From Candidatus Hydrogenedentota bacterium (GTDB taxonomy: Bacteria; Hydrogenedentota; Hydrogenedentia; Hydrogenedentales; SLHB01): a stretch of DNA of 10,850 nt. Both the position numbers and the translations under genes were made by a program. Position 1 is the stretch's first letter. The number at the start of each line of letters is the position of its first letter. This document shows, piece after piece, positions 1 to 7,890 of the stretch. The stretch is taken from assembly GCA_034408725.1 (NCBI GenBank), contig JAWXCN010000145.1, positions 1 through 10,850 of the forward strand, given 5' to 3'. Under the pieces are notes generated by a model. That model made no database searches, was not told the origin of the DNA, and worked only from the letters and a program-made list of their open reading frames with translations.

Positions 1-2
1 CC

Positions 3-107
3 CTGGAGTTGGATCTGGCCGTTTCCAAAGATAACCAGTTGATTGTCAGCCATGAACCGTGGTTCAATCCGGTCATCTGCCTGGCCCCGGGCGGCGATTC
101 CATCCCG
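3..107 (+). other. Fragment resembling the N-terminal catalytic region of a glycerophosphodiester phosphodiesterase (GDPD/GlpQ/UgpQ family), fused in frame to the rplC tail; probably a foreign or chimeric segment
   Basis: Frame 3 is open from the window edge and reads LELDLAVSKDNQLIVSHEPWFNPVICLAPGGDSIP. This matches the GDPD motif E-x-D-(V/L)-x-x-(T/S)-K-D-x-x-x-(V/I)-V-x-H. None of the three + frames of 1..107 resembles the L3 sequence expected here (GHMG...TVQNLEVV). Confidence 0.7.
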
Positions 108-206
108 CGCCGCGATGCCGAAAAAAACCTGATTGCGGTGCGCGGATGCGTACCCGGTGCGAACGGCGGCTTCGTCGAACTCACCAAGACCGGGAAGGGA
201 AAGTAG
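108..206 (+). CDS. rplC: 50S ribosomal protein L3 (uL3), C-terminal ~32 residues only (partial)
   Basis: RRDAEKNLIAVRGCVPGANGGFVELTKTGKGK* matches the L3 C-terminal motif (D-x-E-x-N-L-L-x-V-K-G-A-V-P-G-x-x-G-G). The TAG stop at 204-206 lies 2 nt before the rplD ATG, the canonical position. The 5' boundary is approximate. Confidence 0.85.
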   Translation, partial: RRDAEKNLIAVRGCVPGANGGFVELTKTGKGK

Positions 207-208
207 CC

Positions 209-835
209 ATGGCATCGGCAAAACTCTATCGCATGGACGGCAGCGAGGCCGGTTCCGTTGAATTGAATGACGCGGTGTTCGACGTTGAAGTCAACACCAC
301 GATGGTGCATGACGTAGTCGTTGCGCTTCAGGCGAGCAAACGCCAGGGTAACCACGAAACCAAAACCCGCGACCTCATCAGCGGCGGCGGCAAGAAGCCG
401 TATGCGCAAAAAGGAACGGGCAACGCCCGCCATGGAAGCACGCGGGAACCGCAGATGCGCGGCGGCGGCACGGTGTGGGGTCCGCATAAGCGCAGCTACC
501 GGCAGAGCGTGCCTGTTTCGTTCCGGCGCAAGGCCCTTGCAGGGGTGTTGAGCGACCGCGTGCGCAACGAACAGTTGTGCGTGCTTGAATCATTGGACTG
601 CGAAAAGATCAAGACCAAGCCATTCGCGGAGATGGTGGGCAAGCTTTCGCCGAAAGGCCGGAAAACGCTCGTCGTCACGCTGACCACCGACAAGAACGTG
701 ATGCTCTCGGCGCGTAACCTGTCTCGCGTACAACTTGCCACGGCCGCCGATGTAAACGCATTGGACGTGCTGGGCGCGCAACGCGTAGTGGTGTTGAAGG
801 ACGCGCTCGCGAAACTCGAGGAGCGCCTCGCATGA
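209..835 (+). CDS. rplD: 50S ribosomal protein L4 (uL4), 208 aa
   Basis: Contains the motif RQGNHETKTR...SGGGKKPYAQKGTGNARHGSTREPQMRGGGTVWGP. The ATG at 209 follows purine-rich GGGAAGGGAAAG. The ORF-track start at 59 is an over-extension. Confidence 0.97.
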   Translation: MASAKLYRMDGSEAGSVELNDAVFDVEVNTTMVHDVVVALQASKRQGNHETKTRDLISGGGKKPYAQKGTGNARHGSTREPQMRGGGTVWGPHKRSYRQSVPVSFRRKALAGVLSDRVRNEQLCVLESLDCEKIKTKPFAEMVGKLSPKGRKTLVVTLTTDKNVMLSARNLSRVQLATAADVNALDVLGAQRVVVLKDALAKLEERLA

Positions 836-1119
836 TATCGAACCCGTTTTATGTCGTGAAGCGTCCGATTCTCACCGAAGAATCGACGATTCTGATGCAC
901 TCGAAGAACCAATTCGTGTTTCGCGTCGATCCGCGCGCGAACAAGAACCAAATCCGGGACGCCATCGAAGACATGTTCAAGGTCAAGGTGGTCTCGGTGA
1001 ATACGATGAACTACGACGGGAAATTAGTGCGCCGGGGCCGCATGGCCGGCCGGCGGCCGCGTTGGAAGAAGGCGGTAGTGACGCTTCAGCCGGGCGACAC
1101 AATCGACTTGATGGGTTAA
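832..1119 (+). CDS. rplW: 50S ribosomal protein L23 (uL23)
   Basis: Contains RPILTEES...[25 protein letters not shown]...WKKAVVTL. Has an ATGA overlap with the rplD stop and the expected synteny. Confidence 0.97.
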   Translation: MISNPFYVVKRPILTEESTILMHSKNQFVFRVDPRANKNQIRDAIEDMFKVKVVSVNTMNYDGKLVRRGRMAGRRPRWKKAVVTLQPGDTIDLMG

Positions 1120-1147
1120 CGCGCAGCCGCACGGGAGTCATATAGAA

Positions 1148-1975
1148 ATGGGTATCAAAAAGTTTAAGCCGGTTACACCGTCCCAGCGCGGGATGAGCGT
1201 CTCCGATTTCGCGGAAATTACGAAAGACAGTCCTGAAAAGGGATTGACCGTAGCGAAGCACCGCATTTCCGGCCGCAACAACATGGGCCGGATCACCATG
1301 CGGCGACGCGGCGGCGGGCACAAGCGGCGTTACCGCATGATTGATTTTCAACGGTCCAAGGACGGCATTCCGGCCAAGGTCACGGCGATTGAGTACGATC
1401 CGAACCGGTCCGCGCGCATTGCGCTGCTGACTTACTCCGACGGCGAGAAGACCTACATTCTCGCGCCGATCGGGTTGGAAGTCGGAATGAACATCGCGAG
1501 CGGTCCCGCGGCGGAATACCAGGTTGGGAACTGCCTGCCCCTGGGCAACGTGCCCCTGGGCGCGTTCGTACACAACGTAGAACTCACGCCCGGCCGGGGC
1601 GGCCAAATTGCGCGGTCCGCGGGCAATGCGTGCCAGTTGTTGGCCAAAGAAGGCGAGTTCGCGGTATTGCGTCTGCCGTCAGGCGAAATGCGCCGCGTTT
1701 TTTTGACCTGCCGCGCAACGATCGGGCAGGTAGGCAACGAAGAACATTTGAATGTAGCCCTCGGCAAGGCGGGCCGTACCCGCTGGTTGGGGCGGCGTCC
1801 CAAGGTGCGCGGAGTTGCCATGAACCCGGTTGATCACCCGCATGGCGGTGGTGAAGGCCGGACTTCGGGCGGGCGGCATCCTTCGACCCCCTGGGGTATT
1901 TCGACCAAAGGTCATCGAACGCGCAAAGAGAAGAAGCGCTCGAACGTATTTATTATTCGCCGGCGCAGCAAGTAG
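1148..1975 (+). CDS. rplB: 50S ribosomal protein L2 (uL2)
   Basis: Contains [37 protein letters not shown] and [21 protein letters not shown]; 275 aa. Confidence 0.99.
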   Translation: MGIKKFKPVTPSQRGMSVSDFAEITKDSPEKGLTVAKHRISGRNNMGRITMRRRGGGHKRRYRMIDFQRSKDGIPAKVTAIEYDPNRSARIALLTYSDGEKTYILAPIGLEVGMNIASGPAAEYQVGNCLPLGNVPLGAFVHNVELTPGRGGQIARSAGNACQLLAKEGEFAVLRLPSGEMRRVFLTCRATIGQVGNEEHLNVALGKAGRTRWLGRRPKVRGVAMNPVDHPHGGGEGRTSGGRHPSTPWGISTKGHRTRKEKKRSNVFIIRRRSK

Positions 1976-1997
1976 TAGGTAGACAGGAGAAGCAACC

Positions 1998-2291
1998 GTG
2001 CCACGTTCCGTAAAGAAGGGCCCGTTCATTGACGGACACCTCATGGACAAAGTGGAAAAGCAGATTCGCACGGGTGACAAACGCGTCATCCGCACGTGGT
2101 CGCGCCGTTCGACGGTGACGCCGGACATGGTGGGTCTGACCATTGCGGTACACAACGGGAACAAGTTTCTACCGGTGTTCGTATCCGAGAACATGGTGGG
2201 GCACAAGTTGGGTGAGTTTTCGCCCACGCGGACATTCCGGGGACATTCCGGCACGAAGTCGGATAAGCCCACCGGTCCGGGCGGAAAGTGA
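1998..2291 (+). CDS. rpsS: 30S ribosomal protein S19 (uS19)
   Basis: Contains [19 protein letters not shown] and [21 protein letters not shown] start with AGGAG upstream. Confidence 0.98.
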   Translation: MPRSVKKGPFIDGHLMDKVEKQIRTGDKRVIRTWSRRSTVTPDMVGLTIAVHNGNKFLPVFVSENMVGHKLGEFSPTRTFRGHSGTKSDKPTGPGGK

Positions 2292-2299
2292 GGTAGTCC

Positions 2300-2650
2300 A
2301 TGCCAGTTGCAGTAGCACGAGTACGACATCAGCGCGGATCGGCGCGGAAGATGCGCCTGATCGCGGACCTGATTCGCGGCAAGAAAGTGGCGGAAGCCCG
2401 CGACATCTTGCGATATACCGTGAAGGGCGGTTCGCCGCTGTTGGCCAAGCTGCTGGCTTCGGCCGTCGGCAACGCCGAGAGCAAGGCCGCGGAAACGCGC
2501 GCGCGCGTGAACACAGACGAATATGTAGTAACACGATTGCTGGTTGATAAGGGCGCGACGATTCACCGGTTTCAGCCGATGACGCGCGGGCGCGGCGGAA
2601 AAATCCGCAAGCGCACGCACCATATCGAGCTGGTGATTTCAGGCGACTAA
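2300..2650 (+). CDS. rplV: 50S ribosomal protein L22 (uL22)
   Basis: Contains [23 protein letters not shown] and VDKG....RFQP..RGR...[10 protein letters not shown]-like GAGGT overlaps the rpsS stop. Confidence 0.97.
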   Translation: MPVAVARVRHQRGSARKMRLIADLIRGKKVAEARDILRYTVKGGSPLLAKLLASAVGNAESKAAETRARVNTDEYVVTRLLVDKGATIHRFQPMTRGRGGKIRKRTHHIELVISGD

Positions 2651-2670
2651 GGGAACAAGGAGAAGCATCG

Positions 2671-3414
2671 GTGGGCCAGAAGGTACATCCAATCGGGTTC
2701 CGGCTCGGCGTCATACGCACGTGGAGTTCGATTTGGTATGCGGGCAAGGACTATGTCTCGCTGCTCCACGAGGATCTGCGGCTTCGCGACTACGTCAAAA
2801 AGCGCCTGTACCACACGGGCGTTGCGCGGGTAGACATCGAGCGCGCGGGCCGCAAGGCGAAGGTGCATATCTATACCGCGCGTCCGGGCCTGGTGATCGG
2901 CCAGCGCGGGCAGGAAGTCGACAAGCTGCGCGCGGAACTGGAAAAACTGACAGGCCGCGAGCTACTGATCAACATTCATGAAGTGATGAGCCCCGAAATG
3001 AACGCGCAACTCGTTGCGGAAGGCATTGCTTCCCAGCTCGAGCGCCGCGTGTCGTTTCGCCGCGCGATAAAGAAATCCATGCAAAGCACGATGCGGCTGG
3101 GAGCAAAGGGCATCCGGCTGCGCGTGGCGGGCCGATTGAACGGTGCGGAAATTGCCCGCGTCGAACAGGCCCGTGAAGGCAGTGTTCCGCTGCACACCCT
3201 GCGCGCGGACGTTGACTATGGTTTTGCCACGTCCTACACGACCTACGGGACGATTGGCGTGAAATGCTGGATTTACCACGGCGACGTCGAACCTGGCCAG
3301 ATGGCTGCGAGCCCCGCGGAAGCGCGCGGAATACAGGCGCGCCGGGAACATCGCGGTGGCGATGAACAGCGCGGCGAGCGTGGTGGCCGCGGCCATTCGC
3401 CGAAGGAGTCGTAA
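2671..3414 (+). CDS. rpsC: 30S ribosomal protein S3 (uS3)
   Basis: Contains [13 protein letters not shown], the KH domain [34 protein letters not shown] and [16 protein letters not shown] start with AAGGAG upstream; Arg/Gly-rich C-terminal tail. Confidence 0.99.
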   Translation: MGQKVHPIGFRLGVIRTWSSIWYAGKDYVSLLHEDLRLRDYVKKRLYHTGVARVDIERAGRKAKVHIYTARPGLVIGQRGQEVDKLRAELEKLTGRELLINIHEVMSPEMNAQLVAEGIASQLERRVSFRRAIKKSMQSTMRLGAKGIRLRVAGRLNGAEIARVEQAREGSVPLHTLRADVDYGFATSYTTYGTIGVKCWIYHGDVEPGQMAASPAEARGIQARREHRGGDEQRGERGGRGHSPKES

Positions 3415-3417
3415 TAC

Positions 3418-3825
3418 ATGTTGATGCCAAAGCGGGTCAAGCACCGCAAGGTGCAGCGCGGACGCCGCACGGGAATGAGCAAGGGCTGCACGGCAGTGGA
3501 CTTCGGCGAATACGGTCTGAAGGCACTCGAGGACGGCTGGATTACGGCGCGCCAGATCGAGGCGGCGCGTATTGCGCTCACCCGCCACGTCAAGCGCGGC
3601 GGAAAGATTTGGATTCGCGTGTTCCCGGACAAGCCGGTCACCAAGAAGCCCGCCGAAACCCGCATGGGTAAAGGCAAAGGCGCGCCCGAAGAATGGGTAG
3701 CGGTGGTGAAGCCGGGCCGGGTGATGTTTGAACTTGAAGGCGTGACGGAAGAACTCGCGCGCGAGGCGGTGCGGCTTGCAGGCCACAAACTGCCAATCGC
3801 GACGAAGTTCGTCAAGCGCGTGTAA
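3418..3825 (+). CDS. rplP: 50S ribosomal protein L16 (uL16)
   Basis: Contains [23 protein letters not shown] and [22 protein letters not shown]. The SD AAGGAG lies inside the rpsC 3' end. Confidence 0.99.
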   Translation: MLMPKRVKHRKVQRGRRTGMSKGCTAVDFGEYGLKALEDGWITARQIEAARIALTRHVKRGGKIWIRVFPDKPVTKKPAETRMGKGKGAPEEWVAVVKPGRVMFELEGVTEELAREAVRLAGHKLPIATKFVKRV

Positions 3826-3845
3826 GCGCACGGAGAAGGACAGCC

Positions 3846-4055
3846 GTGAAAGCGAAAGATTTGCGCGAGCTCGAACCTGTCGAGCTTACGGGCCGGTTGA
3901 AAGAGCGGGGCGACGCGTTGCGTCATTTCCATCTTCAAATGGCGACGGGCTCGGTCGAGAACTCGCGTTCGGCGCGTAATGCCCGGCGGGAAGTGGCGCG
4001 CATCAAGACCATACTACGGGAGCGGCAGTTGGCCGCCGGGAAAAAGGCGAAGTGA
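3846..4055 (+). CDS. rpmC: 50S ribosomal protein L29 (uL29)
   Basis: Reads MKAKDLRE...LQMATG.VEN....[19 protein letters not shown] start after GGAGAAGGA; expected synteny. Confidence 0.96.
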   Translation: MKAKDLRELEPVELTGRLKERGDALRHFHLQMATGSVENSRSARNARREVARIKTILRERQLAAGKKAK

Positions 4056-4057
4056 CC

Positions 4058-4315
4058 ATGCTTGAACGTGGAGCGAGAAAAGAACGCGTGGGCGTGGTGC
4101 GCAGCAACGCCATGACGAAAACGATCACGGTCTCCGTGGAGCGCAAGGTGCAGCACCGGCTGTACAAGAAAGGCGTGAAACAGACCAAGACTTTCAAGGC
4201 GCACGATGAGAAGAACGAGTGCCAGGTGGGAGACGTAGTCCGCATCCGCGAGTCTCGCCCGCTGAGCAAGACGAAGCGCTGGCGTCTCGTCGAGATCGTG
4301 AAGCGCGCAGACTAG
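4058..4315 (+). CDS. rpsQ: 30S ribosomal protein S17 (uS17)
   Basis: Contains [17 protein letters not shown]...[31 protein letters not shown] chose the ATG at 4058; the in-frame GTG at 4052 (GTGA overlap with the rpmC stop) is an alternative start. Confidence 0.96.
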   Translation: MLERGARKERVGVVRSNAMTKTITVSVERKVQHRLYKKGVKQTKTFKAHDEKNECQVGDVVRIRESRPLSKTKRWRLVEIVKRAD

Positions 4316-4334
4316 ACCGGAAAGGCGCAGACGA

Positions 4335-4703
4335 ATGATTCAGATTTACTCGAACCTTGAGGTCGCCGATAACACCGGCGCGCGGCGCATCCGCGTGATC
4401 CAGGTGATGGGTGGCACCGAGCGCCGTTATGCCCGGATTGGCGACATCGTGACCGCGTCGGTGAAAGACGCGTTGCCCAACACCAGCGTAAAAAAGGGCG
4501 ACGTGGTCAAGGCGGTCGTCGTGCGGATTCGTAAGGACACCCAGCGCCCGGACGGCACGACGATACGGTTTGACACGAATGCCGCCGTGTTGATCAACCC
4601 GAATAAAGAACCGCGCGGCACCCGAATCTTTGGGCCGGTGCCCCGCGAGCTGCGAGACAAGGGCTTCATGCGCATCATTTCGCTTGCGCCGGAAGTTGTG
4701 TAA
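4335..4703 (+). CDS. rplN: 50S ribosomal protein L14 (uL14)
   Basis: Contains [26 protein letters not shown] and [15 protein letters not shown]...IISLAPEV; canonical length of 122 aa. Confidence 0.99.
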   Translation: MIQIYSNLEVADNTGARRIRVIQVMGGTERRYARIGDIVTASVKDALPNTSVKKGDVVKAVVVRIRKDTQRPDGTTIRFDTNAAVLINPNKEPRGTRIFGPVPRELRDKGFMRIISLAPEVV

Positions 4704-4714
4704 AGGAACGAGCG

Positions 4715-5029
4715 ATGCATATCCATAAAGGCGATACGGTGGTGATAATCACCGGCAAATACAAAGGCAGCAAGGGCCGCGTGCTTCGGGTGATTCCGAA
4801 AGACAAGCGCATCGTTGTCGAAGGCGTCAACATGATGAAACGCCACACCAAACCGTCCCAGCGCAACCAGCAGGGCGGAATTGTCGAGCGGGAACGCGCG
4901 ATTCACGTGTCCAACGTGATGGTGTGGTGCGACGCCGCGGGCAAGCCATCGAAAATCCAGATGAAACGGCTTGAGGACGGCTCGCGCGTGCGTATTTTCA
5001 AGGTGAACGGCGAGACGGTAGGCGCCTGA
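4715..5029 (+). CDS. rplX: 50S ribosomal protein L24 (uL24)
   Basis: Contains the KOW motif IHKGDTVVIITGKYKGSKG.V, VEGVN..KRHTKP and GGIVERE..IHVSNV. SD AAGGA. Confidence 0.98.
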   Translation: MHIHKGDTVVIITGKYKGSKGRVLRVIPKDKRIVVEGVNMMKRHTKPSQRNQQGGIVERERAIHVSNVMVWCDAAGKPSKIQMKRLEDGSRVRIFKVNGETVGA

Positions 5030-5045
5030 ATCCGGTATACTAATA

Positions 5046-5079
5046 GGATCGGTGCGATCCCGTAGAACAATAAGCGGGA
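5046..5079 (+). promoter_or_regulatory. Putative hairpin element in the rplX-rplE spacer
   Basis: GGATCG-GTG-CGATCC (5046-5060) overlaps TCCCG...CGGGA (5058-5079). This gene junction is where the E. coli S8 operator lies. Confidence 0.25.
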
Positions 5080-5108
5080 CGCCTCGACAGAAAAGGGACA
5101 AGACAACC

Positions 5109-5654
5109 GTGACCGTAAGATTGAAAGAGCGATACGAGAAAACGATTGTGCCGGAGCTGCGCACGGAATTCGGATTTGACAACGTGATGCAGGTGCCTTG
5201 CATTGACAAGATCGTGATCAACATGGGCGTGGGTGACGGCCAGGCCGATCCCCGCATGATGGAGAACGCGGTCAACGAGTTGACCACGATTTCCGGGCAG
5301 AAGGCCTGCCTTCGCAAGGCGAAGAAATCGATCTCGAACTTCAAATTGCGCGAAGGCTCGAATATTGCGTGCATGGTGACATTGCGCGGCGCCCGCATGT
5401 ACGAATTCATGGACCGGCTGTTCAACGTGGCCGTGCCGCGTATCCGCGACTTTCGCGGGATGCCTGCGAAGAGCTTTGATCAGTTTGGCAATTACACCAT
5501 CGGATTGCGCGAGCAGACGATTTTTCCGGAAGTCAATATTGACGCCGTTACCCGCGTGCGCGGAATGAATATTACGTTTGTCGTGAGGCATGCCCGCACC
5601 GTGGACGAGAGCCGCGCGCTGCTGAAAAAATTTGGAATGCCGTTCCGGGCGTAA
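5109..5654 (+). CDS. rplE: 50S ribosomal protein L5 (uL5), 181 aa
   Basis: Contains RLKERYE...PEL...F...NVMQVP.I.KIVINMGVG, ISGQK, KKSISNFKLREG and PRIRDFRG. The GTG at 5109 gives the canonical N-terminus; the ORF-track start at 5052 is an over-extension. Confidence 0.97.
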   Translation: MTVRLKERYEKTIVPELRTEFGFDNVMQVPCIDKIVINMGVGDGQADPRMMENAVNELTTISGQKACLRKAKKSISNFKLREGSNIACMVTLRGARMYEFMDRLFNVAVPRIRDFRGMPAKSFDQFGNYTIGLREQTIFPEVNIDAVTRVRGMNITFVVRHARTVDESRALLKKFGMPFRA

Positions 5655-5678
5655 CGATAGAGAACCGAGGAGATACCC

Positions 5679-5864
5679 GTGGCGAAGAAGTCGCTGATAC
5701 TCAAGAGCCAGGCCGTGCCGAAATTCAAAGCGCGCGGATATAACCGGTGCAAGCTTTGCGGCCGTCCGCGCAGCTATATGCGCAAGTTTGGCTTATGCCG
5801 TATCTGTTTCCGGAAACTGGCGCTCGAAGGCTTGCTGCCCGGCGTCACCAAGTCGAGCTGGTAA
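5679..5864 (+). CDS. rpsN: 30S ribosomal protein S14, type Z (short, zinc-binding C+ form, 61 aa)
   Basis: Reads MAKKS...[40 protein letters not shown], with two CxxC pairs. GTG start with GAGGAG upstream. Confidence 0.98.
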   Translation: MAKKSLILKSQAVPKFKARGYNRCKLCGRPRSYMRKFGLCRICFRKLALEGLLPGVTKSSW

Positions 5865-5892
5865 TTAAAGGTACCGGGAAGGAAAACCGCGC

Positions 5893-6291
5893 ATGTCGAT
5901 GAGCGATCCGATTGCAGATTTGTTGAGCCGCGTGCGAAACGCATTGCAGGCCCGGCAGGAGCGTGTAGACATTCCCTGCTCGCGCCTGAAGGAACAACTC
6001 TGCAACGTGTTGAAGCAGGAAGGTTTCATCGACGGTTTCAAAATCGTCGAAGACACAAAACAAAACACCATACAGGTCAACCTGAAATATTTGCCGAACC
6101 GCAAGCCGGTCATCACCGGCGTGCGACGGGTGAGCAAGCCGAGTCTGCGCGTGTATGTCGGGTACGGTGAAATCCGGCCCGTGCGGAGCGGGCTTGGTAT
6201 CGCGGTGGTGAGCACGTCAAAAGGCTTGATGACAGGAAAGCAGGCCCGCGCCAGCAAGTTGGGCGGCGAAGTGCTTTGCGAGGTTTGGTAG
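5893..6291 (+). CDS. rpsH: 30S ribosomal protein S8 (uS8)
   Basis: Contains MSDPIADLLSRVRNA, LKQEGFI, RVSKPSLRVY, GLGIAVVSTSKGLMT and GGEVLCEVW. An alternative ATG is at 5899. Confidence 0.98.
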   Translation: MSMSDPIADLLSRVRNALQARQERVDIPCSRLKEQLCNVLKQEGFIDGFKIVEDTKQNTIQVNLKYLPNRKPVITGVRRVSKPSLRVYVGYGEIRPVRSGLGIAVVSTSKGLMTGKQARASKLGGEVLCEVW

Positions 6292-6320
6292 TCCAGACCT
6301 CAACGAAAGGGCAGTGAACC

Positions 6321-6860
6321 GTGTCGAGAATAGGTAAAATTCCAGTAGTGATCCCCGGTGGCGTGAAGGCCGAGCTGAACGGGAGCCGTCTTACAGTGAC
6401 GGGTCCGAAAGGTTCGCTCGAGCGGATATTCCATCCGGAAGTCGCCGTGACGCTCGAGGGCAGTGAAATCAGCGTGACGCGGCCAAGCGACGAGCCGAAT
6501 CACCGCGCGTTGCACGGGCTGACGCGAGCGCTGATCCAGAACATGATCGTGGGGGTCACCGCCGGTTACAGCAAGGTGCTGCAGATCGTAGGCGTGGGTT
6601 ACCGCGCGGCGATGCAGGGATCGAATCTGCAGCTTTTGGTCGGCTACAGCCATCCGGTGATAGTCCAGCCGCCAGCGGGAATCACGTTCACCGTGGATGG
6701 CACGCAGACGATCAAGGTTGAAGGCATTGACAAGGCGCTTGTGGGCCAAGTTGCCGCGGATATTCGCAGTTGGCGTGAACCGGAGCCGTACAAGGGCAAA
6801 GGCATCAAATACGAAAACGAAACCGTCCGCCGCAAAGAAGGCAAAGCGGGCGGTAAGTAA
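6321..6860 (+). CDS. rplF: 50S ribosomal protein L6 (uL6)
   Basis: Contains [30 protein letters not shown] and [14 protein letters not shown] start. Confidence 0.99.
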   Translation: MSRIGKIPVVIPGGVKAELNGSRLTVTGPKGSLERIFHPEVAVTLEGSEISVTRPSDEPNHRALHGLTRALIQNMIVGVTAGYSKVLQIVGVGYRAAMQGSNLQLLVGYSHPVIVQPPAGITFTVDGTQTIKVEGIDKALVGQVAADIRSWREPEPYKGKGIKYENETVRRKEGKAGGK

Positions 6861-6880
6861 TCTACGGAGTAAGTGGCATC

Positions 6881-7234
6881 ATGTCTGGGCAACCCCCAAA
6901 GCTGTTGAAGTTGGCGCGCCGCAAGATGCGCATCCGCAAGACGATTGTCGGCACGGCGGAACGTCCGCGCCTGACCGTGCGGCCAACATTGAAACACATT
7001 TACGCGCAGTTGATTGACGACGCCACCGGCAAAACGCTTGCCGCGGCTTCCTCGGTGCAGCTCAAGATTACCGGCGGCAACGTCGACGCGGCCAAGGCCG
7101 TGGGCAAGGCCATCGCGGAAAACGCAAAAGCGGTTTCGCTGGGCCGCGTATGTTTTGACCGCGCGGGACGGTTGTATCACGGGCGCATCAAGGCCCTGGC
7201 CGACGCCGCACGCGAAGGCGGTCTTGAGTTTTAG
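6881..7234 (+). CDS. rplR: 50S ribosomal protein L18 (uL18)
   Basis: Contains [29 protein letters not shown] and [24 protein letters not shown]. Confidence 0.97.
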   Translation: MSGQPPKLLKLARRKMRIRKTIVGTAERPRLTVRPTLKHIYAQLIDDATGKTLAAASSVQLKITGGNVDAAKAVGKAIAENAKAVSLGRVCFDRAGRLYHGRIKALADAAREGGLEF

Positions 7235-7239
7235 ACACA

Positions 7240-7318
7240 TGGCCCCACGGCCACATGGATTCAGAACGATGAGCAGGAAAAGTTTCCAGTGAATCGCCGG
7301 CCAACAGGCCGGCAGGAG
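7240..7318 (+). promoter_or_regulatory. Putative structured RNA leader (three adjacent stem-loops) plus SD upstream of rpsE
   Basis: Inverted repeats are TGGCC/GGCCA (7240-7253), GATTCA/TGAATC (7258-7295, enclosing GGAA/TTCC) and GCCGGCC/GGCCGGC (7296-7313), followed directly by AGGAG. Function is inferred, not shown. Confidence 0.35.
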
Positions 7319-7326
7319 ATTGAGGT

Positions 7327-7872
7327 TTGAGCACAGCACAAGGTGGTGGTAAGCGGGAAGGCCGCGGCGACAAGCGTTCGCGCGGAGACCATTCCGACTC
7401 CCAGTTCGTCGAAGCGGTGGTGAAAATCAACCGCGTCGCGAAAGTGGTGAAGGGCGGGCGCAACTTCCGGTTCAGCGCAATCGTTGTCGTTGGCGACGGC
7501 AAAGGCCGAGTCGGCGCCGCGATGGGAAAAGCGCGCGAAGTGCCGGACGCTATCCGTAAGGCTATCGAACGCGCGAAACGCAACATGATCGCGATTCCGA
7601 TTGTGAGCACGACAGTGCCCCACGAGGTCATCGGCCGGTCCGGTTCGGCGCGCGTATTGCTCAAGCCCGCATCCCTTGGCACTGGCGTGGTCGCCGGCGG
7701 TCCCGTGCGCGCCGTGCTTGAGAGCGTCGGAATTCAGAATATTTTGACCAAGTGCCTCGGTTCGCACAACTCCACCAATGTGGTCTGGGCGACGATGGAT
7801 GGATTGAAGCAATTGAAGACCGCCGAAAGCGTTGCGAGTGAACGCAACGTCCCTATGAGTTCGGTGCTGTAA
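7327..7872 (+). CDS. rpsE: 30S ribosomal protein S5 (uS5)
   Basis: Contains [39 protein letters not shown] and [22 protein letters not shown] start lies 8 nt after AGGAG (7314-7318), and an in-frame TGA just upstream prevents a longer start. Confidence 0.97.
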   Translation: MSTAQGGGKREGRGDKRSRGDHSDSQFVEAVVKINRVAKVVKGGRNFRFSAIVVVGDGKGRVGAAMGKAREVPDAIRKAIERAKRNMIAIPIVSTTVPHEVIGRSGSARVLLKPASLGTGVVAGGPVRAVLESVGIQNILTKCLGSHNSTNVVWATMDGLKQLKTAESVASERNVPMSSVL

Positions 7873-7890
7873 TTGTCGAAGGAACACACC

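Noticed and set aside
59..208. 50-aa N-terminal extension of L4 in the ORF track
   Set aside because: It overlaps the rplC tail and GDPD fragment in another frame, and the ATG at 209 has an RBS and gives a normal-length L4.
1536..1561. Direct repeat TGCCCCTGGGC x2 in rplB
   Set aside because: It reflects the peptide PLGNVPLG at the conserved LPLxNIPxG site, and the protein length is normal.
2230..2251. Perfect 11-bp tandem repeat GGACATTCCGG x2 in rpsS
   Set aside because: It encodes the conserved RTFRGH(SG) motif in the correct frame, so it is not a duplication or frameshift; coincidental.
3300..3414. Arg/Gly/Glu-rich C-terminal tail of S3
   Set aside because: Low-complexity tails on uS3 are common and variable across bacteria.
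983..5425. Long antisense ORFs (e.g. 983-1606, 1679-2623, 2962-3831, 4427-5425) and other alternative-frame ORFs
   Set aside because: These are shadow ORFs of conserved genes in GC-rich DNA with few stop codons, and they show no recognisable motifs.
7264..7290. CGATGAG...GAAA resembling a hammerhead ribozyme core
   Set aside because: The required CUGANGA is not present, and the stem II and cleavage-site arrangement does not fit.
7239..7292. 17-codon mini-[20 protein letters not shown] in the rplR-rpsE spacer
   Set aside because: It has no clear SD, no resemblance to L30 or a known leader peptide, and ORFs this short arise by chance.
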